Below are positions 20,503 to 30,308 of a stretch of DNA of 64,000 nt, in pieces. Numbering within the stretch: position 1 is the stretch's first letter; every line of letters begins with the position of its first letter. The notes below the pieces were generated by a model. The model did no database searches. It had not been told where the DNA came from and saw only the letters and a program-made list of their open reading frames with translations. Both the position numbers and the translations under genes were made by a program. The stretch comes from an uncultured Muribaculaceae bacterium (GTDB taxonomy: Bacteria > Bacteroidota > Bacteroidia > Bacteroidales > Muribaculaceae): assembly GCA_964628905.1 (NCBI GenBank), contig CAZVNS010000002.1, forward strand, positions 25,767 to 89,766, read 5' to 3'.

Positions 20503-20529
20503 CAGGGCACCCCGGTGAGGGGTGCCCTG
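20503..20529 (-). terminator. hairpin downstream of rplT
   Basis: CAGGGCACCCC-ggtga-GGGGTGCCCTG, an 11-bp perfect stem 28 nt after the rplT stop, followed on the minus strand by CTTGTGTGTTG. Confidence 0.6.
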
Positions 20530-20556
20530 CGTTGATTATCGGTCGTGGTGACGATT

Positions 20557-20901
20557 TTATTTCACTTTGTCGACGATAGCCTTGAAGGCTGCGGGGTTGT
20601 TGAGGGCGAGGTCGGCGAGCACTTTGCGGTTGATCTCGATGCCGGCCTTGTGGATGAGACCCATCAACTTAGAGTAAGTGAGGTCTTCCTGACGAGCTGC
20701 GGCGTTGATACGCTGGATCCACAGTGCGCGGAATTCGCGTTTTTTGTTCTTGCGGTCGCGGTAGGCGTAGGTGAGACCTTTCTCCCAGGTGTTTTTGGCA
20801 ACGGTCCACACGTTGCGACGGCAACCGAAGTAACCGCGGGTGAGTTTCAGGATTTTTTTACGGCGAGCTCTTGAAGCTACGTGGTTTACTGATCTTGGCA
20901 T
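20557..20901 (-). CDS. rplT: 50S ribosomal protein L20
   Basis: [26 protein letters not shown]... is the canonical L20 N-terminus, 114 aa. Confidence 0.95.
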   Translation of the reverse strand: MPRSVNHVASRARRKKILKLTRGYFGCRRNVWTVAKNTWEKGLTYAYRDRKNKKREFRALWIQRINAAARQEDLTYSKLMGLIHKAGIEINRKVLADLALNNPAAFKAIVDKVK

Positions 20902-21027
20902 TTTACTAAATGTTGTGAATGTTAGCGGCTGTTGCTCTTTATGTGCTAATCATTCGGTTAACTAAAAAATGTTCACGAATTAAAAAGAAATGGTTTCGAT
21001 GACGTTGAAACCGTGCATCGGCGCTTA

Positions 21028-21225
21028 TTACTTAAGGCCGAGCAATGCCTTAACGGAGCCTTCGTTGGTGCGGTCAACCAAGCCAGAGTGGGTAAGGTTA
21101 CGTTTCTGCTTCTTGGTTTTCTTGGTCAAGATGTGGCTCTTGAATGCATGTTTTCTCTTGATTCTTCCTGATCCGGTAAGGGCGAACCTCTTTTTGGCAC
21201 CGGAGTTAGTTTTAATCTTGGGCAT
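21028..21225 (-). CDS. rpmI: 50S ribosomal protein L35
   Basis: [34 protein letters not shown] is the canonical L35 sequence, 65 aa. Confidence 0.95.
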   Translation of the reverse strand: MPKIKTNSGAKKRFALTGSGRIKRKHAFKSHILTKKTKKQKRNLTHSGLVDRTNEGSVKALLGLK

Positions 21226-21287
21226 TTTTGTTACTTTAAAATTATTAATTCGAGTTTATCTCTGTGAGATTTCAATGTGTCGGTGGT

Positions 21288-21896
21288 TCAAGCCTTCTTC
21301 TTGGGGGCGAGCATCAGTATCATGCGCTTCCCTTCGAGCACGGGCATTGACTCTACTTTGCCGTATTCCTCAAGGTCGTTGGCGAAGCGCAGCAGCAGTA
21401 CCTCGCCTTGCTCCTTGAAGAGGATTGAGCGTCCTTTGAAGAACACGTAGGCCTTGACCTTCGAGCCTTCCTGCAGGAAGCCCTGGGCGTGCTTGAGTTT
21501 GAAGTTGTAGTCGTGGTCGTCGGTCTGAGGTCCGAAACGTATCTCCTTGACCACTACCTTCTGTGCCTTGGCTTTCTGCTCCTTGAGGCGCTTTTTCTGC
21601 TGGTAGAGGAGCTTCTGATAATCAAGAATCTTGCACACCGGGGGCTCGGCAGTGGGGGAGATTTCGATCAGGTCGAGCTCCTGCTCCTCGGCGATGCGAA
21701 GTGCTTCGGCGATGGGGTAGATGCCGGGGGTGACGTTGTCACCTACGAGGCGTACCTCACGTGCGCGTATGCGTTCATTGATTACATACGGGTCTTTGGT
21801 GTTGTCGCGTTGGCCGGGGCGGCGTTGCTGTGGTTTGGGGGCGCCGGCGCTCTTCATCGGAGGCTTGGGCCCGAAATGCATGGGTTTTTTCTGCAT
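21288..21896 (-). CDS. infC: translation initiation factor IF-3
   Basis: [39 protein letters not shown] and the C-terminal domain [15 protein letters not shown]. The start codon is uncertain: the ATG at 21896 gives a roughly 35-aa K/P-rich N-terminal extension. Confidence 0.9.
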   Translation of the reverse strand: MQKKPMHFGPKPPMKSAGAPKPQQRRPGQRDNTKDPYVINERIRAREVRLVGDNVTPGIYPIAEALRIAEEQELDLIEISPTAEPPVCKILDYQKLLYQQKKRLKEQKAKAQKVVVKEIRFGPQTDDHDYNFKLKHAQGFLQEGSKVKAYVFFKGRSILFKEQGEVLLLRFANDLEEYGKVESMPVLEGKRMILMLAPKKKA

Positions 21897-21904
21897 TCAG
21901 TAGA

Positions 21905-23842
21905 TTATTGATTTATCATTTGGTTGACCTCGTCAGTCATTTTCTGGGCAAAGGTAGCAATTTTCATCGTACCTTGATCCCCTTCGCCCTGTTTTCTTAC
22001 GGAAACTTCACCATTTTCGGCTTCTTTTTCGCCTACGATGAGCAGATAGGGGATGCGTTTGAGCTCGTTGTCGCGGATTTTGCGGCCAATCTTTTCGTTG
22101 CGGTCGTCGACGATGGTGCGCACATCGGCGATGTTGAGCTCGCGGGCTACCTGGTGGGCGTAGTCGTTGAACTTCTCGCTGATGGTGAGCACCACTGCCT
22201 GGTCGGGGGTGAGCCACAGGGGGAACTTGCCGGCGGTGTGCTCGAGGAGAACGGCCACGAAGCGCTCGAGCGAGCCGAAGGGGGCGCGGTGGATCATCAC
22301 CGGGCGGTGCTTCTGGTTGTCAGAGCCGGTGTATTCGAGCTGGAAGCGCTCGGGGAGGTTGTAGTCGACCTGGATGGTGCCGAGCTGCCAGCGGCGGCCG
22401 ATGGCGTCCTTGACCATAAAGTCGAGCTTGGGCCCGTAGAATGCGGCTTCGCCCAGCTCGGTGCGGGCTTTGATACCCTTCTCCTTGCAGGCTTCGATGA
22501 TGGCGCTTTCGGCCAGGTGCCAGTTTTCGTCTGAGCCGATGTATTTCTCCTTGTGTGCGGGGTCGCGGAGCGAGATCTGAGCCTCGTAGTTGTCGAAGCT
22601 GAGTGTCTTGAAGATGTAGAGGATGATGTCAATCACCTTGAGGAACTCGTCCTTGATCTGGTCGGGGGCGCAGAAGAGGTGTGCGTCGTCCTGCGTGAAG
22701 CCGCGCACGCGGGTGAGTCCGTGGAGCTCGCCCGACTGCTCGTAGCGGTAGACGGTGCCGAACTCGGCCAGGCGCAGGGGCAGGTCGCGGTAGGAGCGGG
22801 GAGCTGCCTTGAAGATTTCGCAGTGGTGGGGGCAGTTCATGGGCTTGAGCATGTACTCCTCGCCCTCCTCGGGGGTGTGTATGGGCTGGAAAGAGTCCTT
22901 GCCGTACTTTGCGTAGTGGCCTGAGGTGACGTAGAGTTGCTTGTTGCCGATATGAGGGGTGATCACCTGGAGGTAACCGTACTGCTTCTGTATCTTGCGG
23001 AGGAACTGCTCGAGGCGGTCGCGCAGGGCGGCGCCTTTGGGGAGCCACAGGGGGAGGCCGGCGCCTACGTTCTGGCTGAAGGCGAAGAGCTCCATCTCGC
23101 GGCCGAGCTTGCGGTGGTCGCGTTTCTTGGCCTCTTCGAGCAGGGCGAGGTACTCGTCGAGCATCTTTTTCTTGGGGAATGTGATGCCGTAGACGCGCAC
23201 CAGCTGCCCGCGCTTCTCGTCGCCGCGCCAGTAGGCTCCGGCGAGCGATGTCACTTTGGCGGCCTTGATGGGGGCGGTGGTGGGGATGTGCGGGCCGCGG
23301 CACAGGTCGGTGAAGTCGCCCTGGGTGTAGGTGGTGATGTGGCCGTCCTCAAGCTCGTTGATGAGCTCGCACTTATATTTCTCGCCACGGTCGCCAAACA
23401 TCTTCAGGGCGTCGGCCTTTGAGATGTCGCGGCGCACTATCTGCTCCTTGCGCTGGGCAAGTTCGAGCATCTTGGCCTCGATTTTGGGGAAGTCGGCCGA
23501 TGTGATGGTGTGTCCGTTGGGGTCGATATCGTAGTAGAAGCCATTTTCGATGGCGGGGCCGATGCCGAATTTCACGCCGGGGAAGAGCTCCTGGAGAGCC
23601 TCGGCCAGCAGGTGTGCTGATGAGTGCCAGAAGGCGTGTTTGCCTTCGTGGTCATCCCACTTGAACAGCTGGATGGTGGCGTCGGTGGTGATGGGGCGGG
23701 TGAGGTCCCACGCCTCGGAGTTGACGTTGGCTGCCAATACGTCCTGAGCAAGGCGGGGGCTGATGCTCCGGGCAATCTCCAGGGGGGTAACGCCGCTTTC
23801 GTATTGCTTAACGTCGTTGTTGGGGAACGTGATGTTAATCAT
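21905..23842 (-). CDS. thrS: threonine--tRNA ligase
   Basis: TGS N-terminal domain, editing-domain H..H motifs ([12 protein letters not shown]), class II core ([24 protein letters not shown]) and an anticodon-binding domain, 645 aa. Confidence 0.95.
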   Translation of the reverse strand: MINITFPNNDVKQYESGVTPLEIARSISPRLAQDVLAANVNSEAWDLTRPITTDATIQLFKWDDHEGKHAFWHSSAHLLAEALQELFPGVKFGIGPAIENGFYYDIDPNGHTITSADFPKIEAKMLELAQRKEQIVRRDISKADALKMFGDRGEKYKCELINELEDGHITTYTQGDFTDLCRGPHIPTTAPIKAAKVTSLAGAYWRGDEKRGQLVRVYGITFPKKKMLDEYLALLEEAKKRDHRKLGREMELFAFSQNVGAGLPLWLPKGAALRDRLEQFLRKIQKQYGYLQVITPHIGNKQLYVTSGHYAKYGKDSFQPIHTPEEGEEYMLKPMNCPHHCEIFKAAPRSYRDLPLRLAEFGTVYRYEQSGELHGLTRVRGFTQDDAHLFCAPDQIKDEFLKVIDIILYIFKTLSFDNYEAQISLRDPAHKEKYIGSDENWHLAESAIIEACKEKGIKARTELGEAAFYGPKLDFMVKDAIGRRWQLGTIQVDYNLPERFQLEYTGSDNQKHRPVMIHRAPFGSLERFVAVLLEHTAGKFPLWLTPDQAVVLTISEKFNDYAHQVARELNIADVRTIVDDRNEKIGRKIRDNELKRIPYLLIVGEKEAENGEVSVRKQGEGDQGTMKIATFAQKMTDEVNQMINQ

Positions 23843-23940
23843 CTGATGGTCAATATATTGTAGTAATAATGATGGTTCTGTGCGTACAAGTGCGCAAAAT
23901 CCGGACGCAAAGTTACTAAAAATTTCTCAGAATTAAGCGC

Positions 23941-23987
23941 TTATTTCAGAATAAAATAACCGGGCTAAAAAGTTTTTTAGCCCGGTT
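23941..23987 (-). terminator. intrinsic terminator of ald
   Basis: AACCGGGCTAAAAA/TTTTTAGCCCGGTT hairpin (23958-23987), followed on the minus strand by TTATTTTATTCTG. Confidence 0.75.
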
Positions 23988-24016
23988 GTGGGGAAGAGGG
24001 CGATTGATGGAGGTGG

Positions 24017-24090
24017 TCGAATAAAATCGAGTTAAGTTGAGTTAAGTCGAGGGAGGGTCGAGTTAAGTCGAGGGGAGGTAGGTCGAGGGG
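24017..24090. repeat. phased about-10-bp TCGA array (7 units) in the ald 3' UTR
   Basis: TCGA (one TTGA) starts at 24017, 24027, 24037, 24047, 24058, 24068 and 24083. Units are TCGAGTTAAG and TCGAGGGAGGG types. The array lies between the ald stop (24110) and its terminator hairpin (23958-87). Confidence 0.8.
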
Positions 24091-24109
24091 GCGAGAGCCC
24101 CCGGCGGGA

Positions 24110-25219
24110 TTACAGCTCGAGGGGGGTGTAGGTCATGTCCCAGGCGCGGGCTACTGCCTCGCAGGTGATTTTGCCGTCGACGATGTTGACGCCTGCGGCG
24201 AGTCCGCGGCATGAGGCGCAGGCTGCGCGCCATCCCATGTCGGCCAGGCGCAGGGCGTAGGGCATTGTGGCGTTGGTAAGAGCCATAGTTGAGGTGTAGG
24301 GCACGGCTCCGGGGATGTTGGCCACGGCGTAGTGGACGATGCCGTCAACTTCGTATGTGGGGTTGGTGTGCGATGTGGGCACTGAGGTCTCGAAGCATCC
24401 GCCCTGGTCGATGGCCACGTCGACGAGCACGGTGCCGGGTGTCATCAGGCGGAGCATCTCCTTGGTGACGAGATGGGGAGCTTTTGCGCCGGGGATCAGC
24501 ACCGAACCGATCACGAGGTCGGTGGTGGGGAGCTCCTTCTCGATGTTGTGGGTCGATGAGTAGAGGGTCTTCACGTTTTTGGGCAGCACTTCAGCCACGT
24601 GGCGCAGTGTGTCGAGGGAGATGTCGGTGATGGTGACGTCGGCGCCCAGACCGGCGGCCATCATGGCGGCGTTGCGTCCCACGGTGCCGGCGCCGAGGAT
24701 GAGCACCTTGGCGGGGGGCACTCCGGGAACGCCTCCGATGAGTTTGCCTTTGCCACCTTGGGGTTTCTCAAGGAAGCGAGCGCCTTCCTGAACTGACATG
24801 CGGCCTGCCACTTCGCTCATGGGTGTGAGCAGGGGGAGTCCGCGTCCGTCGCGTCCGGTCACTGTCTCGTAGGCGATGCAGGTGGCGCCTGACTTGAGCA
24901 TGGCTTCGGTCAGGGCCAGGTCGCTTGCGAAGTGGAAGTAGGTGAACAGCAGCTGCCCTTTCTTTACCAGCGGGTATTCGGGTTCGATGGGCTCTTTGAC
25001 CTTGATGATCATGTCGGCAGCGGCGTAAACATCCTCGATGGTGGGGAGTATCTTGGCGCCTGCGGCCTCGTATTCGGCGTCGGTGAAGCCTGTGCCTTGG
25101 CCGGCGGTGGCTTGAACGTAGACGGTATGTCCGTGGTTGACGAGTTCCTTCACTCCGGCGGGGGTAGCGCCTACACGGTTCTCATTGTTTTTAATCTCTT
25201 TGGGAATACCGATAATCAT
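24110..25219 (-). CDS. ald: alanine dehydrogenase
   Basis: MIIGIPKEIKNNENRVGATPAGV.. N-terminus, NAD fold ILGAGTVGRNAA, 369 aa. Confidence 0.9.
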   Translation of the reverse strand: MIIGIPKEIKNNENRVGATPAGVKELVNHGHTVYVQATAGQGTGFTDAEYEAAGAKILPTIEDVYAAADMIIKVKEPIEPEYPLVKKGQLLFTYFHFASDLALTEAMLKSGATCIAYETVTGRDGRGLPLLTPMSEVAGRMSVQEGARFLEKPQGGKGKLIGGVPGVPPAKVLILGAGTVGRNAAMMAAGLGADVTITDISLDTLRHVAEVLPKNVKTLYSSTHNIEKELPTTDLVIGSVLIPGAKAPHLVTKEMLRLMTPGTVLVDVAIDQGGCFETSVPTSHTNPTYEVDGIVHYAVANIPGAVPYTSTMALTNATMPYALRLADMGWRAACASCRGLAAGVNIVDGKITCEAVARAWDMTYTPLEL

Positions 25220-25328
25220 AGTTTTTTTGGTTATTTAAGGTGATGGGTATGGATAATGTTGAAACAATGTCCAAATATAGTAATTAGCCAAAAAATATGA
25301 ATAAAAATCAGAAAATTTTCCAAAAAAA

Positions 25329-26639
25329 TCAATCGAAGCGCATCGAGGCGGTGGGTTGCAGGCGCGCTATCGTGCGCGAGGGGATGAGCATGATGGCCAG
25401 GGTGAGGATTACTACGCCAAGGTTGACCGCCGCTATCTGCCACCCGACGAGGCTCACGGGCACTGCGTCGAGGTAGTATGCCTCGGGGTTAAGGGGGGCA
25501 AAGTGGTAGTGCTGCTGCAACAAGGCTAATCCTAAGGCGATTACGTTGCCGATCAGCAGTCCCAAGGCCACGATGCGGCAAGCTATCAGCGAGAATATGG
25601 AGGTGATTTGGCGGTTGGTGGCACCGAGCGACTTGAGTATGCCGATCATGCGTATGCGCTCGAGGATGAGTATGAACAGGCTTGACAGCAGGGTGAAGGC
25701 TCCTACGGCCCCCATCAGGGCGAGTATCACCACGACGTTGGTGTTGAGCAGTTCGAGCCAGTTGAGCCACACTCCCGCAGTGTCGAAGATGTCGGAGATC
25801 ACCCATGGGCCCGCCTCCATGCCGAGTGCTTGGGCTTGCAGTTGATATTGCGACAGTCCGCCTATGATATTGCTGCGCACACTGGCCACAGAGTCAAGCG
25901 CAAGCCCGCGTATCTCAATTGATTGCGAGTTGTCTTGGGGAAATCCGGCGATGCGGTTGAGCATAGCGAGCGAGCCGTAGCATTGCAGGCGGTCGCGGTC
26001 GGGGAAGTTGGTGTTGTATACGCCGGCTACAGTCAGGCGGCGTTGGCGCAGGTTGCCGTCGGTGAAGAAGAAGGCGTCGATGCGGTCACCGCTGCCAACC
26101 CCTAAGGCTTCGGATACATGTTGTGAAATCACGATGGAGTTGGCGGCTTCGGTGTCGCTCCAATCGGGCAGGGAGCCGCTGACCAGTGCGTCGCGGAGGA
26201 AGGCGTAGTCCATCGTCGGGGAGAAGCCTGAGATGCGCGCCCCCACAAAGTCGGAGTCGGTGCGGAGCACCCCTTCGCGATGAGTGGCCATCACCACCGA
26301 GGCTACAGCAGGCGCCATCCTCCCCACCACCTGTGAGAGCGTCGAGTCGATGCCTTGTGGCTTGGCTGCTTCCGGGTCGGCCTCGTAGGCGTAATTCAGG
26401 GCGAGGTCATTGTGGTTGGTGATGGTGATTGAGGGGTCGAGCGAGGTGATTTTGGCGGTGATATCGTGCTTAAAACCTACGACGATCGCCACTGCTAAAA
26501 TCATCACTGTCAGCGACAGAGCGAGTCCGCTCACGGCGATCCAGGCCGATGGCGACCGCCACAGGCCGTCGGCGCCGCCGCCCACCCTTGAGGCCACGAT
26601 GCGCGCTATGCCTTTATGTTGAGAATTACCCTTGCTCAT
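25329..26639 (-). CDS. FtsX-like ABC transporter permease (LolC/E-like)
   Basis: N-terminal TM, a large periplasmic MacB-like domain, and a C-terminal three-helix FtsX domain (RIRMIGILKSLGATNRQI). Confidence 0.7.
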   Translation of the reverse strand: MSKGNSQHKGIARIVASRVGGGADGLWRSPSAWIAVSGLALSLTVMILAVAIVVGFKHDITAKITSLDPSITITNHNDLALNYAYEADPEAAKPQGIDSTLSQVVGRMAPAVASVVMATHREGVLRTDSDFVGARISGFSPTMDYAFLRDALVSGSLPDWSDTEAANSIVISQHVSEALGVGSGDRIDAFFFTDGNLRQRRLTVAGVYNTNFPDRDRLQCYGSLAMLNRIAGFPQDNSQSIEIRGLALDSVASVRSNIIGGLSQYQLQAQALGMEAGPWVISDIFDTAGVWLNWLELLNTNVVVILALMGAVGAFTLLSSLFILILERIRMIGILKSLGATNRQITSIFSLIACRIVALGLLIGNVIALGLALLQQHYHFAPLNPEAYYLDAVPVSLVGWQIAAVNLGVVILTLAIMLIPSRTIARLQPTASMRFD

Positions 26640-26725
26640 AAATTTACCGCAAATATAGCGAAAAAAGAGCCTTCAGCGTGCATCACTTAGCGGATTTTGA
26701 CTACATTCGCGACATAATACCTTAA

Positions 26726-27502
26726 ATGTTGAGTAATATGTCACCTCATCAATACGCACGCCTGTTCGGGCTGATTGGCTACCCCTTGGGCCACTCATTC
26801 TCGCAAAACTACTTCAATCAGAAGTTTGAGTCGGAGCATATCGACGCTCATTACACCAACTTCGAGTTGCCCGACATCGGCGACCTGATGGAGGTGGTGG
26901 CCGAGTATCCCAACTTGTGCGGGCTCAACGTCACCATCCCCCATAAGGAGCAGGTGCTCCCCTATATGGATGAGATGGATCCCGATGCCGCCAAAATCGG
27001 AGCTGTCAACGTGATAAAGTTTATCAGGGGCAAAGGTGACGAACTGCGCTTCAAGGGGTACAACTCCGATGTGATTGGTTTCACAGACTCTCTGTCGCCA
27101 CTGCTCAAACCCGATCAGAAGAAGGCGCTGATACTCGGCGCCGGCGGCGCTGCAAAGGCCGTGCGCCAGGGATTGATTAACTTGGGCATCGAGCCCACCT
27201 ATGTGTCGCGCACAGCCCGCGAGGGTGTGATCACTTACGCCGACCTCACTCCCGAGGTGATGGCCGACCATCTGATCATCGTCAACACCACCCCTTTAGG
27301 CATGTATCCGCACATCGACAGTTGCCCGGATATCCCTTACGACATGCTCACACCCCGCCATCTGTGCTACGACCTGCTCTATAACCCTGACGAGACGCTG
27401 TTTATGAAGCGTGCCGCGGAATATGGCGCTGAGGCCAAGAACGGGCTGGAGATGCTGCTGCTGCAAGCCTTCGCGGCTTGGAAAATCTGGAACGAGAAAT
27501 AG
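26726..27502 (+). CDS. aroE: shikimate dehydrogenase
   Basis: LFGLIGYPLGHSFSQNYFN, NVTIPHK and GAGGAAKAV motifs. The start may be ATG 26738. Confidence 0.85.
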   Translation: MLSNMSPHQYARLFGLIGYPLGHSFSQNYFNQKFESEHIDAHYTNFELPDIGDLMEVVAEYPNLCGLNVTIPHKEQVLPYMDEMDPDAAKIGAVNVIKFIRGKGDELRFKGYNSDVIGFTDSLSPLLKPDQKKALILGAGGAAKAVRQGLINLGIEPTYVSRTAREGVITYADLTPEVMADHLIIVNTTPLGMYPHIDSCPDIPYDMLTPRHLCYDLLYNPDETLFMKRAAEYGAEAKNGLEMLLLQAFAAWKIWNEK

Positions 27503-27516
27503 TCCCGGATTTTTAG

Positions 27517-29502
27517 GTGAAGGCTCCACTATCTTATGTGCCGCTTTTGCCGTCGGCCGTTGGGCTGATGGTAGGAATTGTTGTGGCTCGATGGTTGCCG
27601 ATTTCACTGTGGATCATAGCAATAGTGGCTGCGGTGATTGCGTTGCTGCTGTTTTGGCGTCGGCGTTGGCTATGGGCGTCGGCGATGGCTGCTTTGCTGA
27701 TGGGAGTGGGTATCACCGCCGCAAGACATAGTAAAAACCTTACCGAGCCTCAACCGGGAACGGGTCGATATCGCGGGGTGGTTAAGGAGGTGGTCGAGCG
27801 TGAAACATCGCGTTCGATGGTGGTGGATGTCAAAGGATTGGGCTATAACGTATACATCACCACGCCGGCTTTTAACCCGGAGCTGCTCTGCGGCGACTCT
27901 ATCTCATTCGAATGTCAATTGGAGCCTATCGAGGAGGTGTCGGCCGTGGAGGGCTTGAATGATCTTAACACCTACTACTTCGTGCACCGCGTGGGCGCCA
28001 CCGGATTTGTAACCCCTGATAATTTTCATAAGACCACCGGCGACCAACTCACTATCCAACAATGGCTTGTACATCAGCGGCATCGTTGGGTGGCTGAGAT
28101 CATGCACTCCGATATGTCGCAGGGAGCCGCACGCCTGCTTGCCGCCACGTTTTTGGGGGAGCGTGGTGCTATGGATCAAGAGGAGGTGCAGCATTTCCGT
28201 GATGCCGGTGCGGCACATGTGCTCGCTCTCAGTGGGTTGCACGCCGCACTGGTGTGGCTTGTGATCACGATGGCACTTTGGCCACTGAGGAGTGTCGGAG
28301 GTGAGCGGGTTGTAAAGGTGGTGGCTATCACTTTGCTCTGGGCATATGTGCTGTTTACGGGGTTGACCCCGTCAGTGGTTCGTGCTGCGGTGATGGTGAC
28401 GATGGTGGCTGTAGGTCAGATGATTGAGCGGCGCAATTCGGTGTTTAATGCCTTGTTAGCGGCGATGATTGTGATACTGGTTGTTGAGCCGGAGGCTTTG
28501 TTCGATGTGAGCTTTCAGCTGTCGTTTGTGGCTGTCGCCGGTCTGCTGATATGGGGAGCGTGGTTTCAGGGGTTGAAGATACGGAGCCGATGGATGAGGA
28601 CGGCGTTGGGCGCTGTGGGTGTCACGATGTCGGCGGTGATAGCAACCTCTATGCTTACGGCTTACTATTTCCACCGCTTGCCGCTGCTGTTTCTGTTGGT
28701 CAATATACCGTTAGCGTTGCTGTTTCCACTGTTCTTGGGAGTGGGCATAGTGTGGTGCCTGTTGGCATTGGTGGGATGGAATTGTGCGCCTTTGATATGG
28801 CTGCTCAACTTGCTTTATAACGGTATGGATTGGGTGGTAAGCACTGTAGCGGGTATCGGAGGGGGAGTGGTCGACGGCTTGTATATCACACCATGGGCCG
28901 TGATTACGTGGATGTTGGCCTTGGTTGCAATTGGGGGATGGATATATTTCCGTCGCCGAGTGTGGGTGATGGCTTGCGGGGTGTGTGTGGTCGCTTCAGT
29001 GGCACTGCTTACCGTAGTCCCTTGCGCCAACACGCCTCAGATGCTCATCGACTCCCGCCGTGACCATACAATGGTGATGGTCAACGATGGCGCTGAGTGC
29101 AAGGCTTTTACCATAGGCCTCCCAAAGGATAGCGCATACCACAACGAATATTGGAGCGAGCGGTTGACTGACTATGCCGGAAGCCGCCGACTAGGAGCGC
29201 CAACGGTTATACACTTGTCAACAAGTCAGCTCAATGTAGCCGGTGAGCGATGGCTGATACTTAACGATGACGAGCTGGAACCTACCCCTTGCGACGTGAT
29301 ACTGATATGCCGCGGATATATGGACCGCGCCAGGAGTTGCCACGAGGTAGTGGCGGCCACCGGTGCCAAACGCGTGTATCTGTCGGGCGACCTTAACGCC
29401 CGCATAAGCCAACGCCTTGCACAGCAGTTGGCTGACGTGCAAGGCGTTGAGGTGATTTCGCTGAGGGGCGAACAGGCCCTCATCAAACTGAGCCGGCCTT
29501 AG
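27517..29502 (+). CDS. comEC: ComEC/Rec2 family DNA internalisation channel protein
   Basis: N-terminal DUF4131-like region, competence domain (FRDAGAAHVLALSGLHAALV) and many TM helices, with no obvious metallo-beta-lactamase HxHxDH motif seen. Confidence 0.8.
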   Translation: MKAPLSYVPLLPSAVGLMVGIVVARWLPISLWIIAIVAAVIALLLFWRRRWLWASAMAALLMGVGITAARHSKNLTEPQPGTGRYRGVVKEVVERETSRSMVVDVKGLGYNVYITTPAFNPELLCGDSISFECQLEPIEEVSAVEGLNDLNTYYFVHRVGATGFVTPDNFHKTTGDQLTIQQWLVHQRHRWVAEIMHSDMSQGAARLLAATFLGERGAMDQEEVQHFRDAGAAHVLALSGLHAALVWLVITMALWPLRSVGGERVVKVVAITLLWAYVLFTGLTPSVVRAAVMVTMVAVGQMIERRNSVFNALLAAMIVILVVEPEALFDVSFQLSFVAVAGLLIWGAWFQGLKIRSRWMRTALGAVGVTMSAVIATSMLTAYYFHRLPLLFLLVNIPLALLFPLFLGVGIVWCLLALVGWNCAPLIWLLNLLYNGMDWVVSTVAGIGGGVVDGLYITPWAVITWMLALVAIGGWIYFRRRVWVMACGVCVVASVALLTVVPCANTPQMLIDSRRDHTMVMVNDGAECKAFTIGLPKDSAYHNEYWSERLTDYAGSRRLGAPTVIHLSTSQLNVAGERWLILNDDELEPTPCDVILICRGYMDRARSCHEVVAATGAKRVYLSGDLNARISQRLAQQLADVQGVEVISLRGEQALIKLSRP

Positions 29503-29629
29503 TGTCGCCCGGAGGATCGATAGGCGCGGGGTCGTCGGCCTTGAATACCTTCGACAGATATTTATAACCACCGTAAAGGTTAACTCGTTTAACGATTTGT
29601 GAATTTTAACAAAAATTCAGCTGGGCGGA

Positions 29630-30295
29630 TTATTTGCCGGCGAGGGTGATTGAGCCGAAAAATTGGGGTTGGTGGAAGTCGGGGCGGTCGGTGTGGATGG
29701 GCGCCCAGCTCAGGTAGTGGGGTAGGGAGGTGCCGGATGCGCACTTATAGAAGTTACCCTTCATCTCGATGGGCTCCCCCTTGAATTCCAGCCCAATCAG
29801 ACTCAGCGGTATCTCGACCAGCAAGTCCCAGGTGAAGAGTCCCTCGACCTCCTCAAATGGGCGGGAGCCGCACGAGGCCATGCGGCGCACCTGCGCAAGC
29901 TCGTCGGTGGTGAGTCGGCGCGGGTTGGGGCGCTCGGCGCGGGTGGAGGCGTTGATGGCTCCGATGCAGTTGAACTCAAAGTTCCAGTAGCGCTCGTCGC
30001 CGAGGGGCGATACGAAAAATTCCACGCATGAGTCCTGGCTTACCGGCGACTGGTCGGTATAGTTCACCGCTCTGAGGTAGTTACAGCGCACGAAGAAGTC
30101 GATGAATATCGACTTGCCGGAGTGGGCAGCGGTGAACACCGTCAGTGGGTGGTAGGGAAATTGCTCAGGCCAGTTAAGCGACTCGATGGTGCGGCGCGCC
30201 CCGCTCTCTTCAAGTATGCTTTGAGCTTGGGCGAGGTCGCATCCGTCGAGCTGAGGCAGGTAGGGTATGGTGAGTTGTGGTTGTTGGGTCGACAT
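29630..30295 (-). CDS. carbohydrate-binding family 9-like domain protein
   Basis: The pattern LNWPEQFPYHP..F..AHS...I.I.F.V.....RA......SPV..DSCVEFF..P....YWNFEFNCIG resembles CBM9-like proteins of Bacteroidota. This is recalled from memory, not searched. Confidence 0.55.
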   Translation of the reverse strand: MSTQQPQLTIPYLPQLDGCDLAQAQSILEESGARRTIESLNWPEQFPYHPLTVFTAAHSGKSIFIDFFVRCNYLRAVNYTDQSPVSQDSCVEFFVSPLGDERYWNFEFNCIGAINASTRAERPNPRRLTTDELAQVRRMASCGSRPFEEVEGLFTWDLLVEIPLSLIGLEFKGEPIEMKGNFYKCASGTSLPHYLSWAPIHTDRPDFHQPQFFGSITLAGK

Positions 30296-30308
30296 GGCAA
30301 GGGAGGGG

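Noticed and set aside
23843-24016. A T-box or attenuator leader upstream of thrS.
   Set aside because: No specifier or T-box-like conserved sequence was recognised. The hairpin at 23958-87 is better explained as the ald terminator. T-box control is not expected in this phylum.
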